Sequence record: SRR22947725_3552
Length of the DNA: 64,000 nucleotides
Direction: 5' to 3' (one strand)
Part shown: positions 1 to 9,882 of the stretch, one piece after another
How the letters are laid out: every line of letters begins with the position of its first letter
How positions within the stretch are numbered: the stretch's first letter is position 1
Translations under genes and position numbers: made by a program
Notes under the pieces: model-generated
Told to the model about the DNA's origin: nothing
What the model saw: only the letters and a program-made list of their open reading frames with translations
Databases searched by the model: none

Positions 1-14
1 CCTGTAAATCCATT

Positions 15-1745
15 TTGGCACATCCGTTGAAACAAAAACCAAACGCAACTCACTGTATTTTTGGGTTACTCTTTTTAATGCTTTTCATCGGGGCTGGATG
101 TGGCAATCAGTCAGGTGAACTTCCTGTAAAAACAAATCAAACATTACAAACTCTGTTCATCGATAACACAGTCAAAACAAATATAGAATTTCATCATCAG
201 GCTGGAAATCCGCACGATTATTTCATGCCACGCGACATGGGGTCTGGTGTCGGGCTCATTGATTATAACCTGGATGGATTGCTTGATATTTACCTACTCC
301 AGAATGCTGGGCCAGACTCGGGAATTAAAAACCAGTTGTACAGACAAAATCATGATGGGGCCTTTGAGAATGTATCCAATCAATCAGGACTTGATATCGA
401 TGGGTATAACATGGGGGTTGCAGTAGGAGATATATCCAATGACGGCTACCCTGATATTCTTGTGACCGGTTATCAATCCACACGTCTTTTTTTGAACCAG
501 CAAGGGAAGCAATTCGTTGAAGTTACCCAAGTTTCGAACATTAACAATAAGGGATGGTCAACATCAGCAAGTTTTCTGGATTTTGACAGAGATGGATGGC
601 TGGACATCGTTATCGCAAATTATGTTGAATATGCTCCCACTGAGTTATGCCACGGAAGTGATGGTAAACCCGAATTTTGTGGCCCAGATGGATTCCCCTC
701 GGCAACCTCAAAATTATATCGCAACACAGGCAAGAATGCTGTCTTTGAGGACGTCTCAATAGATTCGGGATTGGCCATGCATCCGGGACCGGGCTTGGGG
801 GTTGTTTGTCTGGATTTCGACGGGGATCACTGGCCTGACATATTTTTTGCCGATGACGCCAGACCAAACAGATTATTTATCAATCAACAAAATGGTAAAT
901 ATAAGGAGGAAGCCCTGAAACGCGGACTGGCGCTGGATGCCATGGGCCAGACAAAAGCAAATATGGGCGTGGCTGTTGGCGATATCGATAACAATGGGAT
1001 GGTGGACATATTCGTGACTCATCTAGCCACCGAAAGACACAATTTATGGCATCAGGAACCGTCCGGATTTTTTACAGACCGCACGGCTTCTTTTGGTTTG
1101 AATCAATCAGTTTGGAGGGGAACTGGCTTCGGTGCCGTTATGGCAGATTTCGACAACGATACGGATCTGGATATCGCTTTTGTGAATGGGGACATCAGGG
1201 CTTCCTCAGAAAACCCAGTTACAGGGCAATCCAAAATGGACCCATTTTGGATGAATTACGCGCAAAGAAACCAGCTTTTCTCAAACAAAGGTGAAGGTCA
1301 GTTCAATGATATCTCAAATCAAAACCCAGATTTTTGTGAAGAGCCAAATGTTGGCCGCGGGCTCGCGGTAGGTGATTTGAATAATGATGGCAAGCTGGAT
1401 ATGGTCATTTCCAGCATTGGTGCGCCCACAAAAATCCTTTACGGAAATAATAGGGAAACAAACAACTGGATAATCATTTCGGCTACTGACCCTCAAAAGG
1501 GAAATCGCATTGATATTGGTGCGGAAGTTACTGTTATAGCTGGCAACAAACGATGGAAAAAATGGCTGAATCCGGGTGGAAGCTATTTGTCTTCCAATGA
1601 TCACAGACTTCATTTTGGCTTGGACGATTTATCAAAGTTTGATGGTATCGAGGTTCGCTGGGCAAACGGAAGCAAAGAAAAATTCCCAGGCAGAAATTCA
1701 GGCTCCATACTCAGAATTGAGAAAGGCACAGGGCTGAGTAATTGA
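15..1745 (+). CDS. CRTAC1 / ASPIC-UnbV family FG-GAP repeat protein, probably secreted or a lipoprotein
   Basis: Repeated DxD/NxDGxxD Ca-binding motifs (DYNLDGLLD, DISNDGYPD, DFDRDGWLD, DLNNDGKLD); C-terminal ASPIC/UnbV motif GGSYLSSNDHRLHFGL; hydrophobic N-terminus ending GAGC. Exact start uncertain. Confidence 0.9.
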   Translation: MAHPLKQKPNATHCIFGLLFLMLFIGAGCGNQSGELPVKTNQTLQTLFIDNTVKTNIEFHHQAGNPHDYFMPRDMGSGVGLIDYNLDGLLDIYLLQNAGPDSGIKNQLYRQNHDGAFENVSNQSGLDIDGYNMGVAVGDISNDGYPDILVTGYQSTRLFLNQQGKQFVEVTQVSNINNKGWSTSASFLDFDRDGWLDIVIANYVEYAPTELCHGSDGKPEFCGPDGFPSATSKLYRNTGKNAVFEDVSIDSGLAMHPGPGLGVVCLDFDGDHWPDIFFADDARPNRLFINQQNGKYKEEALKRGLALDAMGQTKANMGVAVGDIDNNGMVDIFVTHLATERHNLWHQEPSGFFTDRTASFGLNQSVWRGTGFGAVMADFDNDTDLDIAFVNGDIRASSENPVTGQSKMDPFWMNYAQRNQLFSNKGEGQFNDISNQNPDFCEEPNVGRGLAVGDLNNDGKLDMVISSIGAPTKILYGNNRETNNWIIISATDPQKGNRIDIGAEVTVIAGNKRWKKWLNPGGSYLSSNDHRLHFGLDDLSKFDGIEVRWANGSKEKFPGRNSGSILRIEKGTGLSN

Positions 1746-1772
1746 TGTAATCAAAAAAAACATCCTGAAGGA

Positions 1773-3125
1773 ATGAGAAAAAAAACAAACTCAACGGCTA
1801 AAAAACCCGATAAAAGCAACCAGGGGAAGCGGTCATCCTTACCATACATTGCTTTCCTGACGTCGCTTTTTGTGGCTGTGATTTCGCTGAAAATACTGAC
1901 AAAAGACAAAACTAGCAATCAGAGTCCGACACTGCCTGCGCCAGATTTATCCGAAGTTGATTCAATGGTTATCAAAGCCATCAAGGTGGCAGAGCAACGT
2001 GTTAAGGGCACACCATCAAATGCCCGGTTCTGGGGGGAATTAGGAGTCACTTACTGGGCGAACGAACTGGACGAACCAGGAAGGAAATGTATCCAAAAAG
2101 CCCAAGAACTTGATCCAGGAAATGGGAAATGGATTTATTACATAGCGTTGACATTTTTACCGGAAAACGCTGTGACGGCTATACCATTCGTTGAAAAAGC
2201 CGCTGACATTCTGGACGAGCAATCATATGCTCCCCGGCTTCGCCTCGCCAATATATTGAGCGAAGAAAGCCTTCTTGATCGTGCAAAACCACATTACGAA
2301 AAGATCCTCCAGTCCTACCCTGATAATCCAATGGCCAAACTGGGGCTAGGGCGTCTGGCGATGGCTAAAGGCAATACAGAAGAGGCGATAAAACATTTTG
2401 AGGAATGTAAAGATCATGAAAACACCAAAAAAACAGCCAATAGCGCCCTGGCTACCCTGTATTTACGAGCAGATAAACCGGTATTAGCCGATACAGCTCA
2501 ACAAGCCGCTGAAGCCATAGAGGGTGATGTTCAGTGGCAGGATCCATACCTTCGCGAGGCGAGCCGCTTCAAATTTGGTCTTACCGCATGGTTGGACAGT
2601 GCCGGGAAATTAGTGCGCAGAGGACAATATACCTCGGCTTTACCCATCATCGATAAAATCATCACCAACTATCCTGATGAAGGAAAGGCCTATATTTATC
2701 TTGCTAAGATAAAACTTGCTGCGCACCAGTACAAAGAAGCAGAACAAGCCTTGGTGAGCGCGCTGAGCTATGAGCCCGATTCAGTAGAGGCGCGCGTTCA
2801 ACTTGGGGTCGCATTGATGTGGCAAAAACGATTTAAAGAATCCATCACCACATTGAACAAAGCCATCGAACAATCTCCAAACTTAGCAGAAGCGCACTAT
2901 AACCTGGGACTCAGCCTGGCAGCGGACAACAACCTTCAAAAGGCAGCCGATGCGTTTTCGACTGCGATCAAACTAAAGCCAGCTTTGCCTGATTCATATA
3001 TAGGATTAGCCACTGTTTTTCTACGTGCAGGCCAACAAAGGGAAGCTAAAGCTACACTGGAAAAGGCGCTTAATATTGCTCCAAGACATCCAAGAATCAC
3101 TTCAATGCTGAAACAGTTGCAGTAA
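1773..3125 (+). CDS. Tetratricopeptide-repeat protein with N-terminal membrane anchor
   Basis: Basic N-terminus, one hydrophobic helix, then TPR-like repeats (e.g. AEAHYNLGLSLA...A..A...AIKLKP). Confidence 0.88.
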   Translation: MRKKTNSTAKKPDKSNQGKRSSLPYIAFLTSLFVAVISLKILTKDKTSNQSPTLPAPDLSEVDSMVIKAIKVAEQRVKGTPSNARFWGELGVTYWANELDEPGRKCIQKAQELDPGNGKWIYYIALTFLPENAVTAIPFVEKAADILDEQSYAPRLRLANILSEESLLDRAKPHYEKILQSYPDNPMAKLGLGRLAMAKGNTEEAIKHFEECKDHENTKKTANSALATLYLRADKPVLADTAQQAAEAIEGDVQWQDPYLREASRFKFGLTAWLDSAGKLVRRGQYTSALPIIDKIITNYPDEGKAYIYLAKIKLAAHQYKEAEQALVSALSYEPDSVEARVQLGVALMWQKRFKESITTLNKAIEQSPNLAEAHYNLGLSLAADNNLQKAADAFSTAIKLKPALPDSYIGLATVFLRAGQQREAKATLEKALNIAPRHPRITSMLKQLQ

Positions 3126-3569
3126 GTCATGGGACGGTCTGCCTTGCGATCGAAATAACTACCCTAAAGGCTTTGGTTTGTCATGATGGTCCTCAAACTA
3201 TGGGGGAAGGCTCGGTGTAAACTCATTCCAGCTCCTTGAAACCCTTGGATCACGATTGAATGCTCGGTAATATGGTAAGACAGTTGTTCGTCTGTCAGAA
3301 TCAAGGAATAAGAGCAGATGTATTCCTCGCATTCCACTCTTATCAGGTTAGGTGGATCTATTAAAAGTATATGGCGATACTCATTTTGTTGCTTGGCGCA
3401 TCAGCAATAAAAAACATCCTTAGGAGTGACAAGCACCGCACCTTGAGCCTAAATTCTCAAATTGCATGAAGGTGCTACGTGAATACTTATTTTTCTGGGT
3501 TTTTTTATGATTGGAAATGAAGATATCACCAGTCAGTAAGCCAAAATTGACGAGAAATATCCTTTACTA

Positions 3570-4295
3570 ATGATGGATCAGGATCCGCAAACAGCTGCGA
3601 ACAATATCATACAATTAACCAACTCAACTCCATTTGGTGTGGGTGGACGGAGAGCTTGCTATGTCCATCCTGACGATGCCTCGAAATGCATCAAAGTTTT
3701 GCGTCAGGACGAACAGCGGACTGTTCGAATCCAGAAAAAGGGAAATTTGTTTCCAAGAAGCTGGCGCCGCGAATATGACAATAATGCCCATGAAGAAAAG
3801 TTACTGAGCCGGATTCATGCTCAAATCGGTAGCAAGATGGCTTCTCACCTTCCCATGTGTTATGGCTTTGTTTCTACAGATTTGGGAAAAGGCCTGGTCC
3901 TGGACTTGATTCGAGATCACGATGGTAAAATCTCTCGGAGTCTGCGCGAATGGATTACACTGGGAATTGACTTGGAATCCATCAAGCCTGCTTTCATGGA
4001 TTTAGGCAATTTCCTTATTGAACACTCTATTTTGACACGCCATATATTAGACCACAATTTGGCTTTAAGCCTCGGTAAATCTAATGGGCGAACTTTTTAC
4101 CTCATCGATGGGATTGGCGATGCGGCTTGGTTACCTTTAGCTCAATGGTTTCGTCCCTTGGGGCGTTTAAAAATCAAACGTAAACTAGACGCAGCTTGGC
4201 CACGTTTTAAGGCATTTGCCACCAATGGCGGCGTCACTGATCAACTGAAAGAAAACAGTAGCTGGGGACAAGGTATACTCCAACATCGGGACTGA
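3570..4295 (+). CDS. YrbL family (PhoP regulatory network) kinase-like protein
   Basis: N-terminal PFGVGGRRACYVHPDDASKCIKV, internal TDLGKGLVLDLIRD and YLIDGIG motifs typical of YrbL. Confidence 0.8.
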   Translation: MMDQDPQTAANNIIQLTNSTPFGVGGRRACYVHPDDASKCIKVLRQDEQRTVRIQKKGNLFPRSWRREYDNNAHEEKLLSRIHAQIGSKMASHLPMCYGFVSTDLGKGLVLDLIRDHDGKISRSLREWITLGIDLESIKPAFMDLGNFLIEHSILTRHILDHNLALSLGKSNGRTFYLIDGIGDAAWLPLAQWFRPLGRLKIKRKLDAAWPRFKAFATNGGVTDQLKENSSWGQGILQHRD

Positions 4296-4327
4296 AGTTT
4301 AGATTCCCAGCAGGCAATCATACAAAC

Positions 4328-5095
4328 ATGAGACAATCTTGGTCAGAAAAGCTTAAACAATCGTTACGTCCGTCTTTTTACGCTTTCTTCGCTCGAAATA
4401 AAGAAAGATTCAAGTGCCCTATTTGTGGTTATCAGGGAGCTTTTAAGGACAAAAGGGTAAGTACGAATCCAAACATCATCCGCAAATCTTCCAAGTGTCT
4501 TGGATGCGGCAGCACTGAGAGACATCGCATGATTCACCTCGTGCTAAAGGATGTCTTCGATCAATGGAATCCATCTGAAAAATCAATACTCCATATTGCA
4601 CCCGAGGAATGCTTGAAAATTGAACTTCAATCCAAATTTGAAACCTATCATACGGCAGACTTGGAGCGCGAGGATGTCGACTTTAAGGAGGACCTGCAGA
4701 AATTAAGTTTCCCTGAATCTTCCTATGACGCAATAATGGTGTCACGTGTCCTGACTATTCCCCCAGATTTAAAGAGTTGTTTATTGGAGATACACAGAGT
4801 GCTCAAAAAGGGAGGTATTGCCATCATCGCTGAAACATATATCCATGAAAAAACACTGACCTTCGAGGGAATGCGGCAGGGAAGATCCAGAGAAATTGGT
4901 GCTGATTTCATGAATCAGATGAAGTCGACTTTTGATCAAGTCGACTTTTATAAATCTGAACGCTATGACAAAGCTTATCAACTCATCAATTGCATGATAT
5001 TGGATCATCAGCCAAAAGATGCCTATCCCAATGAAGTAAGAATGCCTGGGGTCGGTTTTAAAGAAGTGGTAGCCGTTTGCCACAAACATTTCTAA
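4328..5095 (+). CDS. Class I SAM-dependent methyltransferase with N-terminal CxxC/CxxC module
   Basis: CPICG...CLGCGSTERHR, ILHIAPE, DLQKLSFPESSYD and EIHRVLKKGG motifs. Confidence 0.82.
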   Translation: MRQSWSEKLKQSLRPSFYAFFARNKERFKCPICGYQGAFKDKRVSTNPNIIRKSSKCLGCGSTERHRMIHLVLKDVFDQWNPSEKSILHIAPEECLKIELQSKFETYHTADLEREDVDFKEDLQKLSFPESSYDAIMVSRVLTIPPDLKSCLLEIHRVLKKGGIAIIAETYIHEKTLTFEGMRQGRSREIGADFMNQMKSTFDQVDFYKSERYDKAYQLINCMILDHQPKDAYPNEVRMPGVGFKEVVAVCHKHF

Positions 5096-5098
5096 CAC

Positions 5099-5923
5099 AT
5101 GAGTTCGCCTCTCAAATGGCTGCGCAGGAAAGTTGAACTCCACCGACTTTCTGCACGGCGGGTTACATTAGAAGAAGAGTTGACATGCTATTTTAAAGCC
5201 CCCATACGATTGCGCCCCGCATCAGCTAAAGGTGGTTACGACGAAATTTACTTAGCTTACACAAACGCTCAAAAGCACGCAGTGGTGCGACTCAACAACC
5301 CACACAAAACCGTTAATGATCCGATAGGACCTTGGGATCCCGGGGTTCCTCTGGAAGCAACTGGACGGTTGGATCGAGAATGGGATGCTTATCAATGCCT
5401 TGTACAATCGAGCTACTCCCCTAAACCACTCTGGCGCGGAGAGGACGTGCTTGTGTGCGAATGGCTTGATTGGATACGTGCGTCCGTTCATTTAAGTCGC
5501 ACTCGAAACGATATTCTCAATACATCAGCACTCATCTTCCCAATACTCACATATATGCACGGACAAGATTTAACACACCTTGACCTGAATCTTGGGAATT
5601 TTCTCCTTTCACCAGATTTATCAAAAGCCGTGGTCATTGATTTTGAATTTGGCCCTCAAGCGTGGGTTTCGCTGGAACAGCAAATGGCATTTGATTATCT
5701 AAGATTGCTCAATGACTGTTTGCGGGCCAGACGTGGAGGCAAATACCTGTTGGAGCAGTTGAGTAGCTGGTTAGGTTTATTGGAAGCTCACATGGATGAA
5801 CGCGCAAAGGATGCCAATCTTGATTTTGCACCCCATGTGTTGAAGCGGCTGTACGAGTATCCGGAGGTCATTCATTCGTTGAAAGCTCTGTTCCCAAAAC
5901 TACCCATGTCTGAGCATAAATAA
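5099..5923 (+). CDS. Protein-kinase-like fold phosphotransferase (Kdo/WaaP/RIO-like)
   Basis: Gly-rich KGGYDEIY, catalytic loop HLDLNLGNFLL, metal-binding VIDFE. Confidence 0.7.
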   Translation: MSSPLKWLRRKVELHRLSARRVTLEEELTCYFKAPIRLRPASAKGGYDEIYLAYTNAQKHAVVRLNNPHKTVNDPIGPWDPGVPLEATGRLDREWDAYQCLVQSSYSPKPLWRGEDVLVCEWLDWIRASVHLSRTRNDILNTSALIFPILTYMHGQDLTHLDLNLGNFLLSPDLSKAVVIDFEFGPQAWVSLEQQMAFDYLRLLNDCLRARRGGKYLLEQLSSWLGLLEAHMDERAKDANLDFAPHVLKRLYEYPEVIHSLKALFPKLPMSEHK

Positions 5924-5942
5924 AACAGGACCAGTATCTTGC

Positions 5943-7238
5943 TCATTTCAAACTGAAACCAGGCTTTTCTAAAATGTCATTCACAATACATTTCATACCG
6001 TTCAATGATTCATCAAGTGTACCACCATTATAAAACAAGGTATAATCCGTAGGCTGCCGAGAGAAAAATTGTTCCATCATATCGCGGTCATAGGCCAAAT
6101 GACCTTGCTCACTCATTTCCTGCTTCCGCGTCATCAGAGCAGCATGTTCAATGACACAATGGATAGTAGGAATTCGTGAGCCAAATACGCGACTTAATCC
6201 AAGAAAACGACTAAACCCCGGTTGATCCGTTTTTCGATCCAAATATAGAAAATCGAGAATATTACGGTCAATGAGCATCAATCCAGACCTCACTCGCAGC
6301 TCGAAAAAATAAAGCTTCAAACAAGCGCGCAGATACACAAACGGTGCCCATGTTTCATCAAATTTCTCTCTATCTTGAAACATCAGGGGACGCACAAAGA
6401 TAACCATCAATTTATAAAAAATACTCTTACGATAGAGATGCTTGCCTGTGAAGGCTCTCACCGATTCCGGGGAAATTCTCTCAAGACATTCAATCAGAGA
6501 GCTTTTACCGACTCCATCGCATCCCATGACACTGATCAGGTGTTTTCTACGAGGCGAATTAAGAAATATTTTTTTCCACAAAGTGTCAACATAACGATAA
6601 GACTGAGAATTTTGCGGGCTCAATTCTTCCTGCAAAACCCGGAGCATTTGGAGTTCAAACGCCTTTGAGATACTTTGTTGATTACGAATGCGCAGAAGTT
6701 CGCTGGCAAGTTCTGTCTTACATTCATCTTCGCATAGCCGCTGGTATTGCCCTAATCGCTGCTGAACCCTGCTGGAACCCAAGCGCTTCTTTTTGCAGAT
6801 CAAGTGATGAATATAGACAGCTAATTCAATTTCCATACTCCATCTGAGTATACTGCTGTCCGAATCTTTGGTGGGACCATTAGCCGTTTCAAATGAAATC
6901 CATTGACGACCTCGATCCAATTGAGGCATGTGTATCCATAGATCCAAAACAAGATTTTCCCGACCATCAATGGCATATAGACATAGTTCCACTTTCCTTG
7001 CCCGTCGACACACAATTCGAAAATGACACCAACCTTTCAGCACCCAGGTTTTTGCTTCGGCAATAAGAAGATCCACGGAATGTCTGGATCCCAGAAGGTC
7101 AACATCCTCTTCATTACGCCAAGACTCAAAGCCCCCTTCACCTCGTAATTGAATAAAGCGCCATGGGCCGCTGTGCATTGCATCAAAGCATCGTTTCAGC
7201 GAATAAGGAGTAGTATGTGATGAGGCAGAGTCGATCAT
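5943..7238 (-). CDS. Putative nucleotidyltransferase / thymidylate-kinase-like P-loop fusion protein
   Basis: N-terminal QLRG...EEDVDLL...LVLDLW (NTase-type DxD plus third Asp); C-terminal ISVMGCDGVGKSS Walker A, LIDR and RKQE as in TMP-kinase-like proteins. Start moved to ATG 7238 to avoid overlap with the upstream gene. Confidence 0.6.
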   Translation of the reverse strand: MIDSASSHTTPYSLKRCFDAMHSGPWRFIQLRGEGGFESWRNEEDVDLLGSRHSVDLLIAEAKTWVLKGWCHFRIVCRRARKVELCLYAIDGRENLVLDLWIHMPQLDRGRQWISFETANGPTKDSDSSILRWSMEIELAVYIHHLICKKKRLGSSRVQQRLGQYQRLCEDECKTELASELLRIRNQQSISKAFELQMLRVLQEELSPQNSQSYRYVDTLWKKIFLNSPRRKHLISVMGCDGVGKSSLIECLERISPESVRAFTGKHLYRKSIFYKLMVIFVRPLMFQDREKFDETWAPFVYLRACLKLYFFELRVRSGLMLIDRNILDFLYLDRKTDQPGFSRFLGLSRVFGSRIPTIHCVIEHAALMTRKQEMSEQGHLAYDRDMMEQFFSRQPTDYTLFYNGGTLDESLNGMKCIVNDILEKPGFSLK

Positions 7239-7251
7239 AGGATACCGGACT

Positions 7252-8082
7252 TCACTTGTTCGCACCTCTCCAGCCAGTACGAATGCGCGTCTTGAATGCA
7301 AGCATCCCCTCTTTACCACTGACCTTGATTCGCTTCATAAGATAACAATTATCTTTGATAGGATCGAAAGCGCCTGATTCGGTAGTAACCGCACCTGAAT
7401 AACCAGATTCTTTTACCAACCTCGGATCCTCCTCCTGCAATATACCAAAGGGATAGGCAAATGTTTTGACAGGTATTTCAAATCTTGTTTCCAGCATCTT
7501 CTTGCTTTTTTTAAGCTCCTCTCGCTTTTCAGCAGTTGTAAGTTTACCGAAGTTTGGGTGAGTCATTGTATGAGAACCAATTTCGATGCATCCGCTGTCG
7601 ATCATTTCGGAAACCTGCTTATCACTCAATTTCGGTTCCCGTTTCAATTCCCCTGAATTATGTTTCTCGTTTTTTTGTGTCGACCATTCATTTTGATGCC
7701 TGTCAACCACCAGATACACTGTCCCCTTGGCATCATTTGCCTTAAGAATGGACAAAGCATTCTGAGCATTATCGGCAAACCCATCATCAAAAGTGATAGC
7801 AACACTTTTACGAGGAAGCTGATCTTTGTTTTCGATTAATTCTGCCACCGTAAAAAATTGCCAGCCATTTTCTTTTAACCAGACAACCTGAGCTTCAAAT
7901 AAAGCGGGAGCCACTCGCATTCCGTTGAAACGAGCACCGGGAACAGGTTCCCGAACCATGTGATACATCAAGATCCGCGGGTAAGTGTAGTCAATGGTAA
8001 GCCGCCACCAGGCATAACGCCATGAAAACCACCCAGCCCATAGCAAGGCAATGACTCCGAACATGAGCGGAAGATTGTCCAT
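7252..8082 (-). CDS. Polysaccharide deacetylase (CE4/NodB family), membrane anchored
   Basis: ILMYH, ITFDDG, IGSHTMTH and FAYPFG motifs; N-terminal TM helix. Confidence 0.9.
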   Translation of the reverse strand: MDNLPLMFGVIALLWAGWFSWRYAWWRLTIDYTYPRILMYHMVREPVPGARFNGMRVAPALFEAQVVWLKENGWQFFTVAELIENKDQLPRKSVAITFDDGFADNAQNALSILKANDAKGTVYLVVDRHQNEWSTQKNEKHNSGELKREPKLSDKQVSEMIDSGCIEIGSHTMTHPNFGKLTTAEKREELKKSKKMLETRFEIPVKTFAYPFGILQEEDPRLVKESGYSGAVTTESGAFDPIKDNCYLMKRIKVSGKEGMLAFKTRIRTGWRGANK

Positions 8083-8102
8083 GGAGAGGATGTTTTGGAA
8101 AA

Positions 8103-8534
8103 TTATGGAGCAAGGAAATCGGAAGCATCCGAAAACCCATCGATATAACTTTGAAGAAGAATTGCTGCTGACATGGAATCCACTTTTTGTTTCCTTTTAT
8201 CTCTACGAACGTCTGCCTCGATCATAACCCGATTTGCCTGCGCGCTAGTAAGGCGTTCATCCCAGGTTTTGATGGGTGTTGAAATTTGCTGTTTTAGTTT
8301 TTCGATAAATACTTTTACTTTTTCAGCGGCAGGACCATAACTACCATCCATATTTCTGGGCATTCCCACCAAGATCAGTTCCAGTTTGCCTTGCCATTCA
8401 TTTTGGAGGTAGCTTACGATTTTTTCCGGAGGTTCGGCAGCAACGTAATCGACCGGCTGTGCGATCATTTGCATCTCGTCACTAACCGCAACACCGATCC
8501 TCACTGTTCCATGGTCCAAAGCAAGTATGCGCAT
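8103..8534 (-). CDS. ruvX: RuvX/YqgF pre-16S rRNA nuclease
   Basis: MRILALDHGTVRIGVAVSD, VGMP, WDERLTS, VDSMSAAILLQSY. Confidence 0.95.
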   Translation of the reverse strand: MRILALDHGTVRIGVAVSDEMQMIAQPVDYVAAEPPEKIVSYLQNEWQGKLELILVGMPRNMDGSYGPAAEKVKVFIEKLKQQISTPIKTWDERLTSAQANRVMIEADVRRDKRKQKVDSMSAAILLQSYIDGFSDASDFLAP

Positions 8535-8566
8535 AATGTTAAATCCTAGAAGGGTAAGTTATGTTG

Positions 8567-9859
8567 TTAATTCTTAATGCATTTCATGGACTGCTCAGCC
8601 GCTTCGATTGTGCGGTCAATGTCCTCTTCAGAATGCGCCACCGAAATAAACCCTGTTTCAAATTGAGAAGGCGCCACATAAACAAATCTTTCCAGCATGC
8701 CATGGAAATAACGCGTGAATAAATCGCGATTACATTTCATGGCATCTGAGAGATTGATGACCGGGTGGTCTCCAAAATAACCGCAAAACATGGAACCACA
8801 TCTTTGTAATGTCACATCTAGATTGGCTCTTTCAGCGGCTTTTTTCATGCCATTCTCCAATCGATCCCCCAATTGATCCAATCTTTGATGAACTTCACCA
8901 GATTTCAAAGCCTCAAGAGCAACGATTCCAGCCGCCATGGCTAACGGGTTCCCGCTCAACGTCCCGGCCTGATACACGGGCCCGAGAGGTGCCAGGCAGT
9001 CCATGACATCTGCTCGCCCCCCAAAGGCACCTACCGGCAAGCCTCCACCGATGATTTTGCCCAAACAAGTGAGATCTGGCACGATACTGAAAAGCTGCTG
9101 GGCCCCACCTGGGGCAACCCGAAACCCAGTCATGACTTCGTCAAAGATCAGCAATGAGTCATGCTGTTTCGTCACCTCACGAAGGCCCTCTAAAAACCCA
9201 TCCTTCGGCAAAATCAATCCGGCATTCCCAACAACGGGCTCAAGGATGATACCGGCAATTTGCCCTGGATTTGCCTTCATGGCTTGGCATACGGCATCGA
9301 GGTCATTGTAAGGGAGCACGATCGTGTGCTGCGTAAATTCTTTGGGAACACCGGCACTGTCAGGATTACCGAAAGTGAGAGCCCCTGAACCAGCTTTGAC
9401 CAGCAAGGAGTCTGAATGACCATGGTAGCAACCGTCAAATTTGATGATCTTGTCTCTTCCAGTAAAGCCTCGAGCCACTCGTATGGCACTCATACATGCC
9501 TCTGTTCCAGAGTTGCACATACGCACTTTGTCCATACTGGGAAAAAGTTCCTTGATCAACTCCGCCATTCGCGGTTCATAAGGATTTGGAATTCCGAAAC
9601 TGGTTCCCCTTTCCGCAGCAGACTGGACCGCTTGAATAATCCCCGGATGGGCATGCCCAAGGATGGCTGGCCCCCAGGTACCGACGTAATCAATGTAATC
9701 GTTGCCATCCACATCCCAAATGTGGGCGCCTTTTGCACGATCCACAAAGAATGGTTCCCCCCCAACGGCTCGAAAAGCCCTGACGGGAGAATTGACTCCT
9801 CCCGGAATATGTTTCAGTGAAGCTGCAAAAAGTTCCTTAGACCGATCTGTCAATCGCAT
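8567..9859 (-). CDS. hemL: Glutamate-1-semialdehyde 2,1-aminomutase
   Basis: [59 protein letters not shown]. Confidence 0.97.
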   Translation of the reverse strand: MRLTDRSKELFAASLKHIPGGVNSPVRAFRAVGGEPFFVDRAKGAHIWDVDGNDYIDYVGTWGPAILGHAHPGIIQAVQSAAERGTSFGIPNPYEPRMAELIKELFPSMDKVRMCNSGTEACMSAIRVARGFTGRDKIIKFDGCYHGHSDSLLVKAGSGALTFGNPDSAGVPKEFTQHTIVLPYNDLDAVCQAMKANPGQIAGIILEPVVGNAGLILPKDGFLEGLREVTKQHDSLLIFDEVMTGFRVAPGGAQQLFSIVPDLTCLGKIIGGGLPVGAFGGRADVMDCLAPLGPVYQAGTLSGNPLAMAAGIVALEALKSGEVHQRLDQLGDRLENGMKKAAERANLDVTLQRCGSMFCGYFGDHPVINLSDAMKCNRDLFTRYFHGMLERFVYVAPSQFETGFISVAHSEEDIDRTIEAAEQSMKCIKN

Positions 9860-9882
9860 AAATTTTTCAGGATTGGATTGAG

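Noticed and set aside
3126..3569. 444-bp intergenic gap with a stop-free minus-strand frame of about 80 codons
   Set aside because: No start codon at the frame's 5' end, no recognisable motif and no repeat or RNA structure I can support.
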